From an uncultured Dehalococcoidaceae bacterium (GTDB lineage Bacteria; Chloroflexota; Dehalococcoidia; Dehalococcoidales; RBG-16-60-22): DNA of 64,000 bases. The position numbers and the translations under genes were made by a program. Shown one piece after another: positions 43,482-53,108 of the stretch; within the stretch, counting starts at the first letter, position 1, and each line of letters begins with the position of its first letter. The notes beneath the pieces are model-generated. The model saw nothing but the letters and a program-made list of their open reading frames with translations. It was not told where the DNA came from and ran no database searches. The DNA lies in NCBI GenBank assembly GCA_964500415.1, contig CAZCOB010000007.1:10934-74933 (forward strand), given 5' to 3'.

Positions 43482-45151
43482 ACGGGCTGCAACCTGACGT
43501 CCAGCACGGCTGGCTTGCCGCTTTTTACCATGGACAGGCAGTCCTTCAACGCCACGGGAACATCGGCGGGGTCTTCCACCATGCGACCGTAGGCATTATT
43601 GGCTGAGGCGATTTTAGAATAATCGGGGGGAGTGGGAATATCCGCGCCCATGTTGTCCACGTCGTACTTTTCGCTGAAGAGTCCCTTGATAGCGCCGTAG
43701 CCCTGGTTATCGTAGATGATGGCCAGGTACGGGGCTTTGTAAAAACTCGCCGACCACAGTGATGCCTCCGGGCAGCCGTAGATGAAAGCTCCGTCGCCCA
43801 TCAGGCTGATGACGGTTTTATCAGGTGCTGCCAGCTTGACGCCCAGCGCCGCTCCCGGCGCCCAGCCGATACACCCTCCGGCGCAGGAAAGCAGTGTGCC
43901 CGGCCTGGTACGTTCAATCAGGTGTGCCACGATGGTCGCCGGAGAGATGGTCTGGTTCACGATAATCGTGTCGTCATCAATTGCTTCATTAATGCAGTGG
44001 CTGAGCCAGTGGGCGGAAATAGGCTTTCGTTTGGCGTGGCTCTTCGCCAGCTCCCGCCATTCATCGGAGAGTTTATTATGCTCAGTTTCAAGCCTGGAAA
44101 AGCGCTCTTTTAGCTGTTTTCTTCTTTCAGGGGTGATTTTCTTGTTCAATATGTCGGTAAGTGCCGGAATTGCCCGACTGGAATCGGCTTTTATCAGTAT
44201 ATCCGGCTTCCTGCCCCATAGCGGCACACCCTTTTTCACCGTGTCGATGTCTATATGGATGATTTTCACGTCCTTGCGTAGTGCTGCCGGTGGTCCTGCG
44301 TAGTGCATATCATAGTCGATTGCCAGAATAGCGTCGGCCGTGGTCAACAGGGGATTACCGTATCCGACGGCCACCGAGAGATACGCCGAAAGTGGGTGTG
44401 TGTTCGGAAAATTTACCCGGATATCGGTGGTCAGTACCCGCGAACTTAATGCCTCCGCCAGTTTTATGAGCGAATCTACTGACTCTAGATTCCTGCCGGA
44501 ATAGCCGGTCACGATGAGCGGGTCTTCGGCTTCAATCAGTATCCCGGTCGCTTTGTCCAGCGTTTCGGCATCGGCTTCTGGTATTGCTGCTCTGGCAATA
44601 TCGGGTGATGTTTTTTCGGTAATATTCTTATCGTCCCAGAGTACTTCACGCGGGAGGGTCAGATATACCGGTCCGCATGGCTCGGTGGTGGCGATGTTGA
44701 AAGCCTTCTTAAATATGTCGATGATATCCTCGCCAGCAGCGAGTTGATGGTCCCACTTGACGAAGTTTCGTACCATCGTCCCCTGGTCGAAAGCCTCTCC
44801 CCTCCAGTTGGTGCGCTGGGGAGGGCCCTGGTTCTCCGTGAAGAATACCACTGGCACTTTTCCCCACTGGGCGTTGTGCAGGGCGCCGCCAATTTGAAGG
44901 GTGCCCAGTTCCGAGTGTACCGAGACTACCTGAGGCCGACCCGAAGCCATGTAGTTGCCGTGGGCGGCCGTCATCGCCACGAACTCATCGAGGCAGAGTA
45001 TTCCTCTGGGTGATTTCTTGCCCTCGGCGCTGTATTTCGATATCGTTTCCAGTACGGGAACGTTATCGATTCCCGGGTTAAAGAAAACGTACTCAACGCC
45101 ATGGGCGTTCATAACCTCGATGAGAGCTTTGATATTACCGTATTCTTTCAT
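43478..45151 (-). CDS. Thiamine-pyrophosphate-dependent enzyme (acetolactate synthase / benzoylformate decarboxylase-like)
   Basis: 557 aa with three-domain architecture. TPP-binding motif GDGAFIYG...IIYDNQGYG near the C-terminus. Confidence 0.8.
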   Translation of the reverse strand: MKEYGNIKALIEVMNAHGVEYVFFNPGIDNVPVLETISKYSAEGKKSPRGILCLDEFVAMTAAHGNYMASGRPQVVSVHSELGTLQIGGALHNAQWGKVPVVFFTENQGPPQRTNWRGEAFDQGTMVRNFVKWDHQLAAGEDIIDIFKKAFNIATTEPCGPVYLTLPREVLWDDKNITEKTSPDIARAAIPEADAETLDKATGILIEAEDPLIVTGYSGRNLESVDSLIKLAEALSSRVLTTDIRVNFPNTHPLSAYLSVAVGYGNPLLTTADAILAIDYDMHYAGPPAALRKDVKIIHIDIDTVKKGVPLWGRKPDILIKADSSRAIPALTDILNKKITPERRKQLKERFSRLETEHNKLSDEWRELAKSHAKRKPISAHWLSHCINEAIDDDTIIVNQTISPATIVAHLIERTRPGTLLSCAGGCIGWAPGAALGVKLAAPDKTVISLMGDGAFIYGCPEASLWSASFYKAPYLAIIYDNQGYGAIKGLFSEKYDVDNMGADIPTPPDYSKIASANNAYGRMVEDPADVPVALKDCLSMVKSGKPAVLDVRLQPV

Positions 45152-45179
45152 AAAAGATTGCTCCCGTAACTGAGTGCCG

Positions 45180-46736
45180 TTACGACTTGTCTTCGGGATT
45201 TACATAGTGGCTGGCTTCGGACGCCGTTTTGGGGTCGAATGTCTTCTTGATATTCCTCAGCCACTTTGTATAATTCAATGTATCCGGACCGTACATGTCG
45301 CAGACGGCGTCGCTCCAGACATGGTGGGGAACGCCGTAGTGTCCCTCGACGGCTGTCCGGTTGGCCGCTATGAAAACCTCGAAGCTGGCCTGTACCGCGG
45401 CGGGATTGTTCGGTACGTAACGGATGAGTAGCTCTCCGTGACCGCAGTGCCCGTGTTCTATCAGCTGCACGAAAGGGTCGGTGCCATCGGCCATGAGCAG
45501 CCCTTTCTGGATAAAACCCTCCTTGACCCTGGAGCCCTCCTCGATGAACTTGCTCATGAGATTGAAGACGTCGGTGCCGCCCACCTCTCCCCCGAAAACT
45601 CCCGTGGCCCTCATTGTTTCCCGGATGGAGCCGGTAACCCTGACGAATCTCCATATGAAGCCCCCGGCATTCTCGGGGTCTTCCACAGGTTCTAACGACT
45701 TACCGTTGGTCTCTTCAGCTATTTTTTGAAGCACCCTCTTTTTATAGGCGAAATCACCCGGAGAGTTTCCGGCGATGATAATCATGAAGCCCGGCCCCAG
45801 TACCAGGTCAGTAAATTCTTTCAGGTAGGCGGCATCTTCGTCGTTATTCGTAGCGATGTTGGACGCCATCATGGCCGTGTTGAAGCCCATAAAAATGAAG
45901 GCTATTTCTGCCTCGCCAACCCGCCTCGCGGCTTCCCTCAACGCTTCCTGGGAAGGAAATGACAGGTATCTAATCATAAAACCGGGAGGCACGCGGCTCG
46001 GTTTATAGTGAGGTGATACTCCTTCGATGGGGAAGGTGGCCGGCCCCGGCCAGTGATAGATTTTCTGGGCGGCTTTCGTATAGACGCCGAGTCCGCCCAG
46101 CGGCATGGTATTACCTCTTATGATTCCTCGTAGAGATGGCCCCGGCCCGTCGCCGCAAAACCATTCCTTGATGGTTGCCAGCGAACCCGTCCTGACGATT
46201 TCTCCGTCCGGCGTAACCCATTCTAGCGCCAGCTGGTTTCTTTCGCCGTAGCTGCCGCTCACGCTGAGATGCCCCAGGTTGGAGTGGGCTGCTAGCGGCA
46301 GCGCCGAGCAGTTGCTGCCGGCACCGGTAATGTTGGTATTAAGACCTCTCTTCATAAGTTCGGCCTGTAGTTGGGCATAAATCACGTAAGGCTCGACCAC
46401 CGCGTACATATTCTTTTCGTTAATCTCGATGATTCGGTTCATGCGGCGCAGGTCCAGCTTGATGACGCCCGGTCCGGTAGGGTCGCAGTAAGGCCCCCAG
46501 CCCGTGCTGGAAGCCTTGAACTGGAGACCGTGTTTGTTACACAGCCTGACTATCGCCTGGACTTCGGCGGTATCTTTAGGGAGAGTCACGGCTTCGAAAC
46601 GTGGCACGAATTTATCGGTCTTGGCCACCAGCCCGGAACGCCAGGCATAAGAGTCGAGAATGGCCGGGTCGTCGGTGATATTCTCCGGCCCCACCACGCC
46701 CTCGAAAGCCTTGTAGATGTCTTTGATTAGAGCCAT
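45180..46736 (-). CDS. FAD-binding (PCMH-type) oxidase, GlcE-like paralog
   Basis: 518 aa. Shares with 8312..9781 the blocks MAL.K..YK.FE.VVG.ENI.DDPAI and LDLRRMN.IIEINEKNMYAVVEPYVI. Confidence 0.7.
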   Translation of the reverse strand: MALIKDIYKAFEGVVGPENITDDPAILDSYAWRSGLVAKTDKFVPRFEAVTLPKDTAEVQAIVRLCNKHGLQFKASSTGWGPYCDPTGPGVIKLDLRRMNRIIEINEKNMYAVVEPYVIYAQLQAELMKRGLNTNITGAGSNCSALPLAAHSNLGHLSVSGSYGERNQLALEWVTPDGEIVRTGSLATIKEWFCGDGPGPSLRGIIRGNTMPLGGLGVYTKAAQKIYHWPGPATFPIEGVSPHYKPSRVPPGFMIRYLSFPSQEALREAARRVGEAEIAFIFMGFNTAMMASNIATNNDEDAAYLKEFTDLVLGPGFMIIIAGNSPGDFAYKKRVLQKIAEETNGKSLEPVEDPENAGGFIWRFVRVTGSIRETMRATGVFGGEVGGTDVFNLMSKFIEEGSRVKEGFIQKGLLMADGTDPFVQLIEHGHCGHGELLIRYVPNNPAAVQASFEVFIAANRTAVEGHYGVPHHVWSDAVCDMYGPDTLNYTKWLRNIKKTFDPKTASEASHYVNPEDKS

Positions 46737-46765
46737 GTTGACCTCCGCTTTTTACTGGTTATTGA

Positions 46766-48118
46766 TTATTTCCGGTAATATCCGTATTCACGCACGGCTT
46801 CCATCATCGCCCGCAGGTTTTCCAGCTTGGGATTATCGGCTATGGTACCGGCCGAAAGGATGAAGCCTCCCCCTTTGCCGACCTCCTCGATAAGCTTGCG
46901 GCAGTATTCCTTGGTCTCTTCGGGAGTGCCCATGACTATCATGGATGAAGGCACGTTGCCCTGCAGGCAGCAGTCCTTGCCCAGTATCTTCTTCGCCTGC
47001 GACATATCAGTGCGGTCGAAGTACCAGGCAACCGAGCCTTTGGGAAAATCGTTGACGTATTCGAGACGGGTATTATAGCTGCCCTCGGCGAAAAGGGTCT
47101 GGATAAGACCCTCGTTAATAAAGGCGTCCATGACCTTTTTCATGGGCGGCCAGTAGAAAGTATCGAACGCCTTCTGGGACATCCATCCGTCCGCGCCTTT
47201 ATGGAGAGGGTACATTACCATTGTCAGATTATCGATGTTTGGAGAGCTTAGAATGGTATTGATGGTCAGGTCCGCAATCACGTCGAGGGCTTTCAGTAGC
47301 TTGTCGGGCCGGCGGAACATATCACCCATTATGCCCTTGGTGCCTCGGAGTGTATCCCCCAGCGTGTCGAAGGGCACTTTAGCAAATCCTCCCCCCATGA
47401 ACCCGGAGAAGCTCGCAGACGCCGAGCCTCTGGCCTTCATCATGATTTCCATCATCTTCTGGTATTCTTTGCCGACATCCAGCAATTTCTGGAGCATCTC
47501 CTGCACCGGCGGCATGGCCAGCGGCATGAACTGCATGACATGGACGCTTTCCGTGATATTGGTGAACGGCTGGAACATCCTCATAGGCTCGAGGGCGCCG
47601 AAGACGCGGGGCATGTATTTCCTTATCCAGAAATCAGAAGGGTCGAGGATGAATTCGTCATACTCGTCTGCCGTCATGTATTCGCCCTCGATATACTGCC
47701 AGATGGTTCCGTCTTCGGCGGTACCGTGTCCCGGCCAGGCGTAAATCTTGTAGTCCAGCAAATCCAGTACCCGACCCGGAATGATAAAAGGCATGGCGGT
47801 ATATTCCAGCTCCTCCCCGTATTCTTCGTTGAATTTAGTGGTAGCTTCCAGGGCTTTCTCATAATCATAAATGCCGGTGCGGGAACTGACGCCGTACATC
47901 CTTAGCGGCAGATCGCCCACGGGCAGGTGTACCGGCACCCTGTCAGGCTCTTCCACGTTATAAACGTCAATAAGTCTCTGTACTCTCGTCCTGTAGGCCT
48001 TCTTTGCCTCGTCGGTCGGTAAGTTGCTGTCGTTATTGAGCCACCGGTTTAAGCGCTGTCCCCTTTTTTCCTGCGGCGTCATATCTTCCCAATTTTTATC
48101 TGTCATCAATAAATACAC
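46766..48118 (-). CDS. Uroporphyrinogen-decarboxylase (URO-D)-like family protein
   Basis: 450 aa. Overall pattern and C-terminal region (GGGFILSAGTIADNPKLENLRAMMEAVREYG) are typical of UroD/MtaA-like TIM-barrel proteins. The start is ambiguous: GTG at 48118 or ATG at 48106. Confidence 0.55.
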   Translation of the reverse strand: MYLLMTDKNWEDMTPQEKRGQRLNRWLNNDSNLPTDEAKKAYRTRVQRLIDVYNVEEPDRVPVHLPVGDLPLRMYGVSSRTGIYDYEKALEATTKFNEEYGEELEYTAMPFIIPGRVLDLLDYKIYAWPGHGTAEDGTIWQYIEGEYMTADEYDEFILDPSDFWIRKYMPRVFGALEPMRMFQPFTNITESVHVMQFMPLAMPPVQEMLQKLLDVGKEYQKMMEIMMKARGSASASFSGFMGGGFAKVPFDTLGDTLRGTKGIMGDMFRRPDKLLKALDVIADLTINTILSSPNIDNLTMVMYPLHKGADGWMSQKAFDTFYWPPMKKVMDAFINEGLIQTLFAEGSYNTRLEYVNDFPKGSVAWYFDRTDMSQAKKILGKDCCLQGNVPSSMIVMGTPEETKEYCRKLIEEVGKGGGFILSAGTIADNPKLENLRAMMEAVREYGYYRK

Positions 48119-48212
48119 GTCCTTTACTAAATTAAAACGTTAACCTCGACCTGAAAAGGCCGGCTTTCAAATTATAACAGGGCGGCATCTGATATTACAA
48201 AATACGGTCCGG

Positions 48213-48641
48213 TTACTTGTACTTTGCAGTCTTGGGGTCGTGGTTCCTGAAATGGGCGATGCGGATGCGCTTCATCTTGCCGTTATCGTCGAGGTTGTAA
48301 ATCACCCAGTTGGTCATGATGTTGATATCGCCTTTTTTAAACTGCTGGCCCGTCCCCTCCACTTCTTTAAAGGTATGGAACTCGGTATAAAGCTCGACGA
48401 ATACCAGGTCGCCTTCCGCCATGAAGTCGCCGAGTTCCAGTACTTCTCTCGTGTGCTCGTGCAAAGCCCGGTAGTTGGCTTCGAACTCCTTGGGCCCGTG
48501 CAGCGTGCGGGCGGGGAACTGGGAACCGAAGGCGTTGTCGAAGTACTCTACGGTGATGTCCGGCGCAAAGTAGCTCGTGACTTTATCGTACCTCTTGTTG
48601 TTAAAGTGGTCGGCGTATTCCAGGTATTGCTCTCTATTCAT
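48213..48641 (-). CDS. NTF2-like / SnoaL-like small protein
   Basis: 142 aa. Size and alpha+beta pattern (YLEYADHFNNKRYDKVTSYFAPDITVEY...) fit SnoaL/ketosteroid-isomerase-like folds. Confidence 0.5.
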   Translation of the reverse strand: MNREQYLEYADHFNNKRYDKVTSYFAPDITVEYFDNAFGSQFPARTLHGPKEFEANYRALHEHTREVLELGDFMAEGDLVFVELYTEFHTFKEVEGTGQQFKKGDINIMTNWVIYNLDDNGKMKRIRIAHFRNHDPKTAKYK

Positions 48642-48770
48642 TTCACGCTCCTTTTTTATATATTTCCTGCTATATTAGTACTTTTATAGGCAATCATCAA
48701 ATCGGGAATCTTAATTTGACCCCTTCTTCCGGGCATGGCTATAATGACAAGAGCAAGAGAGAAGGAGAAT

Positions 48771-50597
48771 ATGATGTCCAGAGGCTACATGGGGAAGCTA
48801 TTATTTGTGAATCTTTCTACGGGCGACTTGAAAGACGAAGCGCTTGATGAGAATCTCGCTAAGGATTTTATCGGCGGTTACGGTCTGGGTGCCCGGATTC
48901 TTTACAGTCGGCAGAAGGCCGGCGTCGACCCCCTGGGACCGGAGAATACCTTGGGTGTACTAACCGGCCCGCTTACCGGCACTCCGGCCACATTCGGGGC
49001 ACGCTACGCGGTCGTGGCGAAGTCGCCGCTTACCGGGGGCTGGGGCGATGCCAACTCCGGCGGCCATTTCGGTCCCCATTTGAAGTTTGCTGGATACGAC
49101 GGAGTGTTCTTCACTGGTATATCTGAAAAGCCTGTCTATCTATTGCTCGATAACGGTAAAGCCGAATTAAAGGATGCCTCGCAACTCTGGGGTAAGACCA
49201 CCTATGAAACCGAGGACACCCTCGAAGCACAGTACGGCCCGACTTCTAAAGTTATCAGCATCGGTCCGGCCGGGGAAAGGGTGTCTCTTTGCGCCTGTAT
49301 TATGACCAACCGGGGAGATGCTGCCGGGCGTTCCGGTATCGGCGCGGTCATGGGTTCCAAGAGAATCAAGGCGATTGTAGCTAGGGGTGAGATGAAGGTA
49401 CCCGTTTTCGACGTCGAAGGAGCTAACAATCTTCGCAAAAAGCATATTGCGGAACTAAAGGAGTTCCTGGAGCATTTCGGCGTCTACGGTACCAGCGGCC
49501 ACGGTGATGCTTCGGCGCACAACGGAGATACCCCCGTTAAAAACTGGGGCGGTATCGGCGTCAATGAAATACCTGACGTTTCCGGTCTAAAAGGCGATAA
49601 TATGATAGCCAACCTGGATAAGCGGAAGGGTTGCTGGCACTGTCCCGCGGTCTGTAAGGCCAGCCTGAAAGCCGGTACTAAATACCCGTACCCGGCCGGC
49701 GCTCATCGTCTGGAATACGAGACTATCGGCGCTTTCGGGGCCAACTGCTGTTGTACCGACGCCGAGGCGATTGCCATGGCCAACCACATCTGTAACTCCT
49801 ACGGCATGGATACCATATCGACTGGCAGCATCGTCGCTTTCGCCATGGAGTTGTACGAGCATGGCATCATCACGAAAAAGGATACGGATGGAATTGATTT
49901 GACCTGGGGTAATCCCGACGGTCTGGTCGCCATAACCGAGAAGATAGTAAGGCGGGAAGGCATTGGTGCCATTCTCGCCGATGGTGTTAAGGTAGCCGCC
50001 GGGAAAATCGGCAAAGGCGCCGATAAATACGCGGTGCATATCGGCGGGCAGGAACTGGGCATGCACGACCCCAAGGCCAGCTTCTTCGGCGAAAGGATGA
50101 CGATGGCCATGTACCACATGGATGCTACCCCCGGCCGCCACACCACCGGATTCGGGCCGAGTCAGTTCATGCAGTATGTCAGCAGTTCCGCCGGACTCTG
50201 CATGCACGGCGGCATTGCCGGGAACCCGGATAAATATATTACAGGATTCCTGAAATACGTTACCGGCTGGGACCGCTCTAGGGAAGAACTGCTCAAGAAC
50301 GGCGAGAGGATTGCCATTATAAGGCATGTCTTTACCCTCCGCGAAGGCGATAATCCTTTAAAGCGATTCGTCCATCCCAGAATACCGGGCATTCCCCCGC
50401 AGACGGAAGGGCCTCTGGCCGGTGTCACCAGGGACATGGAGGCGCAGGCTTATTGGAACCTCGGCGCCCTCGACTGGGACAGATTTACCACCAAGCCCAG
50501 CCTGGAAAAGTTGCAGGAACTCGGCCTTGATGACGTGGCTGACGAGCTTTATCCCCCCGACCAGCGTAACACGAAGGTCGTTCAGCCCGGAGAGTAG
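48771..50597 (+). CDS. aor: Aldehyde:ferredoxin oxidoreductase (tungstopterin AOR family)
   Basis: AAGGAG RBS just upstream of ATGATG at 48771/48774 (the track start at 48735 is unlikely). N-terminus GKLLFVNLSTG...FIGGYGLGARILY...GPLTG. Motifs GPAGE, GAVMGSK, and the Cys region CWHCPAVC. Confidence 0.85.
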   Translation: MMSRGYMGKLLFVNLSTGDLKDEALDENLAKDFIGGYGLGARILYSRQKAGVDPLGPENTLGVLTGPLTGTPATFGARYAVVAKSPLTGGWGDANSGGHFGPHLKFAGYDGVFFTGISEKPVYLLLDNGKAELKDASQLWGKTTYETEDTLEAQYGPTSKVISIGPAGERVSLCACIMTNRGDAAGRSGIGAVMGSKRIKAIVARGEMKVPVFDVEGANNLRKKHIAELKEFLEHFGVYGTSGHGDASAHNGDTPVKNWGGIGVNEIPDVSGLKGDNMIANLDKRKGCWHCPAVCKASLKAGTKYPYPAGAHRLEYETIGAFGANCCCTDAEAIAMANHICNSYGMDTISTGSIVAFAMELYEHGIITKKDTDGIDLTWGNPDGLVAITEKIVRREGIGAILADGVKVAAGKIGKGADKYAVHIGGQELGMHDPKASFFGERMTMAMYHMDATPGRHTTGFGPSQFMQYVSSSAGLCMHGGIAGNPDKYITGFLKYVTGWDRSREELLKNGERIAIIRHVFTLREGDNPLKRFVHPRIPGIPPQTEGPLAGVTRDMEAQAYWNLGALDWDRFTTKPSLEKLQELGLDDVADELYPPDQRNTKVVQPGE

Positions 50598-50612
50598 TAA
50601 AATCCTTTAACT

Positions 50613-51590
50613 CTACACCTTTATGGGTTCCAGCCCGGCCTCTAAACGGGCGTCGTTGATATGTATCAATACCGCTTCCTCCAGCGGCATGCAGGAGAAG
50701 CCGAACTCTTCTTTAGCCCGCGCCGTGCTGACCTTCCATGGCAGGCCGCGCCGCCCTCCGGTCATCGGTTTCTGCGTGCCGAACTCTATTCTGGCATCGG
50801 GGATGTATTTTCGTACCGCCTCTGCCACGTCTCTCATGCTGGCCGGCGGGCCGCCGACGTTGTATGCCGGGTATTTGGATGCTTTAACATGCAGCAGAAT
50901 CCTGGTAAATTCCGCTAAATCGTCGGAGGAAACGGGGGAGATTAAATTCGTACCGTCAAACTCGAAAATCGCCGGTTTGCCCACCGCCGCCAGCGATATT
51001 ATATCGGAAAACCATTTGGTTCCGGGCGGGAAATATGCTCCGTAACCGAACCCTATGGTTGGCCGTAGAGCGGTAAAGCTCATGCCATGCTGTTCGGCGT
51101 ATTGTCCGGCGGTTACCTCGGCCAGGCGCTTGCACAGGGCGTAAGAATGGCTGGGCATCAGGCGGTCATCCTCGGTCACCTCTCTGTCTCCGTACTCGTC
51201 CTGCGGACCGTATACTGTCTCCGAACTGGCGTAGATTACCCGCGAGACTCCCATGAGTCTGGCCGCCTCGAAAGCGTTGCTCATCCCCAGCGCGTTTATT
51301 TTCACGGCCATACGGGGATTGGTTTCTATCTGTTCGCCCATGAAAAACGCCCAGTTTACCAGTTTATCGATGTTATAAGCCTTCATCGCGTTGAGGATGT
51401 CCTCTATCTGCGAGACATCTCCTCGGACGTAACGGAACGTGTTCTTGTATTCATCGATGGCCTTTATAAACCAGTCTCTCGGCGGTACGATATCCATGGA
51501 TACAACTGTTTTTACGTCTTTATCCCTGAGCAGGTGCAGGCATGTTTTACGGCCGAACAGTCCGCTGCCGCCGGTAACCAGTACGTTCAT
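50613..51590 (-). CDS. NAD-dependent epimerase/dehydratase (extended SDR)
   Basis: 325 aa. N-terminal Rossmann motif MNVLVTGGSGLFG and catalytic YxxxK (YALCKRL). Confidence 0.8.
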   Translation of the reverse strand: MNVLVTGGSGLFGRKTCLHLLRDKDVKTVVSMDIVPPRDWFIKAIDEYKNTFRYVRGDVSQIEDILNAMKAYNIDKLVNWAFFMGEQIETNPRMAVKINALGMSNAFEAARLMGVSRVIYASSETVYGPQDEYGDREVTEDDRLMPSHSYALCKRLAEVTAGQYAEQHGMSFTALRPTIGFGYGAYFPPGTKWFSDIISLAAVGKPAIFEFDGTNLISPVSSDDLAEFTRILLHVKASKYPAYNVGGPPASMRDVAEAVRKYIPDARIEFGTQKPMTGGRRGLPWKVSTARAKEEFGFSCMPLEEAVLIHINDARLEAGLEPIKV

Positions 51591-51617
51591 ATTTGCCTCC
51601 GTGTGTTATTGACTTTC

Positions 51618-53066
51618 TTATTTGCCGATGTATTTCAGGGCATTCTTCGCGGCAATCCGGCCGGAGTTGGTGGCGAAGCTCGATGACAGGCCGGAAGAAT
51701 TGCCGATAGAATAACTGTCGCCGTACATACCGCCCGCATCGTAGCCTGCCGCGTAAAGGCCGGGGATGACCTTGTCTTTCTTGTCTATCACTTCCAGGTT
51801 GTGATTTACCTTGATTCCGCCGAGTGTTCCCAGGAAGACTGTCCGGGCTCTGATGGCGTAAAATTTCGGTCCCTTGATTGGTCGGAGATATTTGGGATTC
51901 TTGGCGAAGAGGTCGTCGTGGCCTTTCTCGCAGAACCCGTTGTATTCGTCGACAGTGGCTTTTAGTCCCGCCGCGTCGACTGCTATTTTCCCGGCCAGTT
52001 CCTCTACTGAGTCCGCCTCGAACACCTCCGTGCTCTGGTTTTTCTTGGCGGCTTCCAGTTCCCGGTCCAACTCGGTGGTGCGTGAGCCCGGAGGGAATTC
52101 CATGGCCATGGCTTTTGTCGTTCCTCTCTCGATTAATTCCTGTTTAATGGATGTGTCGAATATGCTGTAAGTGCAGTCTCCCGGCTGTCTGGCGTTGGCG
52201 TTGCCGACATATGCGTCATCAAATCCTACCGACTCGTCGCAGAACCTTTCGCCCTTGTTATTAACCCACAGGTCGGGCTGGACAGCCGCATTTTCGAGGT
52301 GCGACCCCATGGCGAATTCCGTGCCTACGGGGCCCGCGCGAACCAGCTCCAGGACGCCGAGACCCTCCTCGGCGGCACCCACCTCGAAGGCCATGCGGAT
52401 GCCGTCACCGGTCTTATCGACATTCCCGACGGGTATCAAGTTTACATCCAGGTCGAACCCCGAGTATTTCTTAATCCATTCTTTATTATTGGCATAGCCG
52501 CCGCTGGCGATGACGACCACTTTAGTCGCAACCTGTACATCTTCATCATTCTCTTCAACAATAACCCCAGCGATGCGGTCGCCCGATTTGATCAATTGCT
52601 TGACAGGCGTTCCGGGTATTACGGTCACCCCCAGCTCTCTGGCTCTCGTCGCTAACGCCTTGATAATCGCCTCCCCCTTCCCCTTGACGAGGTGATAGGT
52701 ACGGGGAGCGTCGGGGATGTTGATGGTGGCGTCGGTAAATTCGACCCCGTTTTTCTGAAGCCAGTCGATTGTCCCGGCGGACTCGCTGACGATGGCTCTC
52801 ACCAGACGCGGGTTGGCTCGCCAGTGGCTGTATTCCATGATATTTTTAAATGCGTCGTCGCGACTGTAGAATATGTATCTTTGCTGCTGCATCGTGCTTT
52901 CCACAGCGAACATGCCATGGAAGAAGTTGGAGGTACCCCCCAGGGAGCGCTCTTTCTCGAAAACGATAACCCTGGCGCCGCCCTCCGCCAGCGTTACCGC
53001 TGATGCCAGGCCCGAGACGCCGGAGCCGGTTACCACGATTTCGGCTTCTGCCGGTATATTGCTCAT
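51618..53066 (-). CDS. FAD-dependent oxidoreductase, fumarate-reductase/KstD-like flavoprotein family
   Basis: 482 aa. N-terminal dinucleotide motif IVVTGSGVSGLASA..EGGARVIVFEK. C-terminal GLYAAGYDAGG is typical of the FAD_binding_2 family. Confidence 0.75.
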   Translation of the reverse strand: MSNIPAEAEIVVTGSGVSGLASAVTLAEGGARVIVFEKERSLGGTSNFFHGMFAVESTMQQQRYIFYSRDDAFKNIMEYSHWRANPRLVRAIVSESAGTIDWLQKNGVEFTDATINIPDAPRTYHLVKGKGEAIIKALATRARELGVTVIPGTPVKQLIKSGDRIAGVIVEENDEDVQVATKVVVIASGGYANNKEWIKKYSGFDLDVNLIPVGNVDKTGDGIRMAFEVGAAEEGLGVLELVRAGPVGTEFAMGSHLENAAVQPDLWVNNKGERFCDESVGFDDAYVGNANARQPGDCTYSIFDTSIKQELIERGTTKAMAMEFPPGSRTTELDRELEAAKKNQSTEVFEADSVEELAGKIAVDAAGLKATVDEYNGFCEKGHDDLFAKNPKYLRPIKGPKFYAIRARTVFLGTLGGIKVNHNLEVIDKKDKVIPGLYAAGYDAGGMYGDSYSIGNSSGLSSSFATNSGRIAAKNALKYIGK

Positions 53067-53108
53067 TTTCTCCTCCTTAGCTATCGACTGAACGATAGTA
53101 TCATATTA

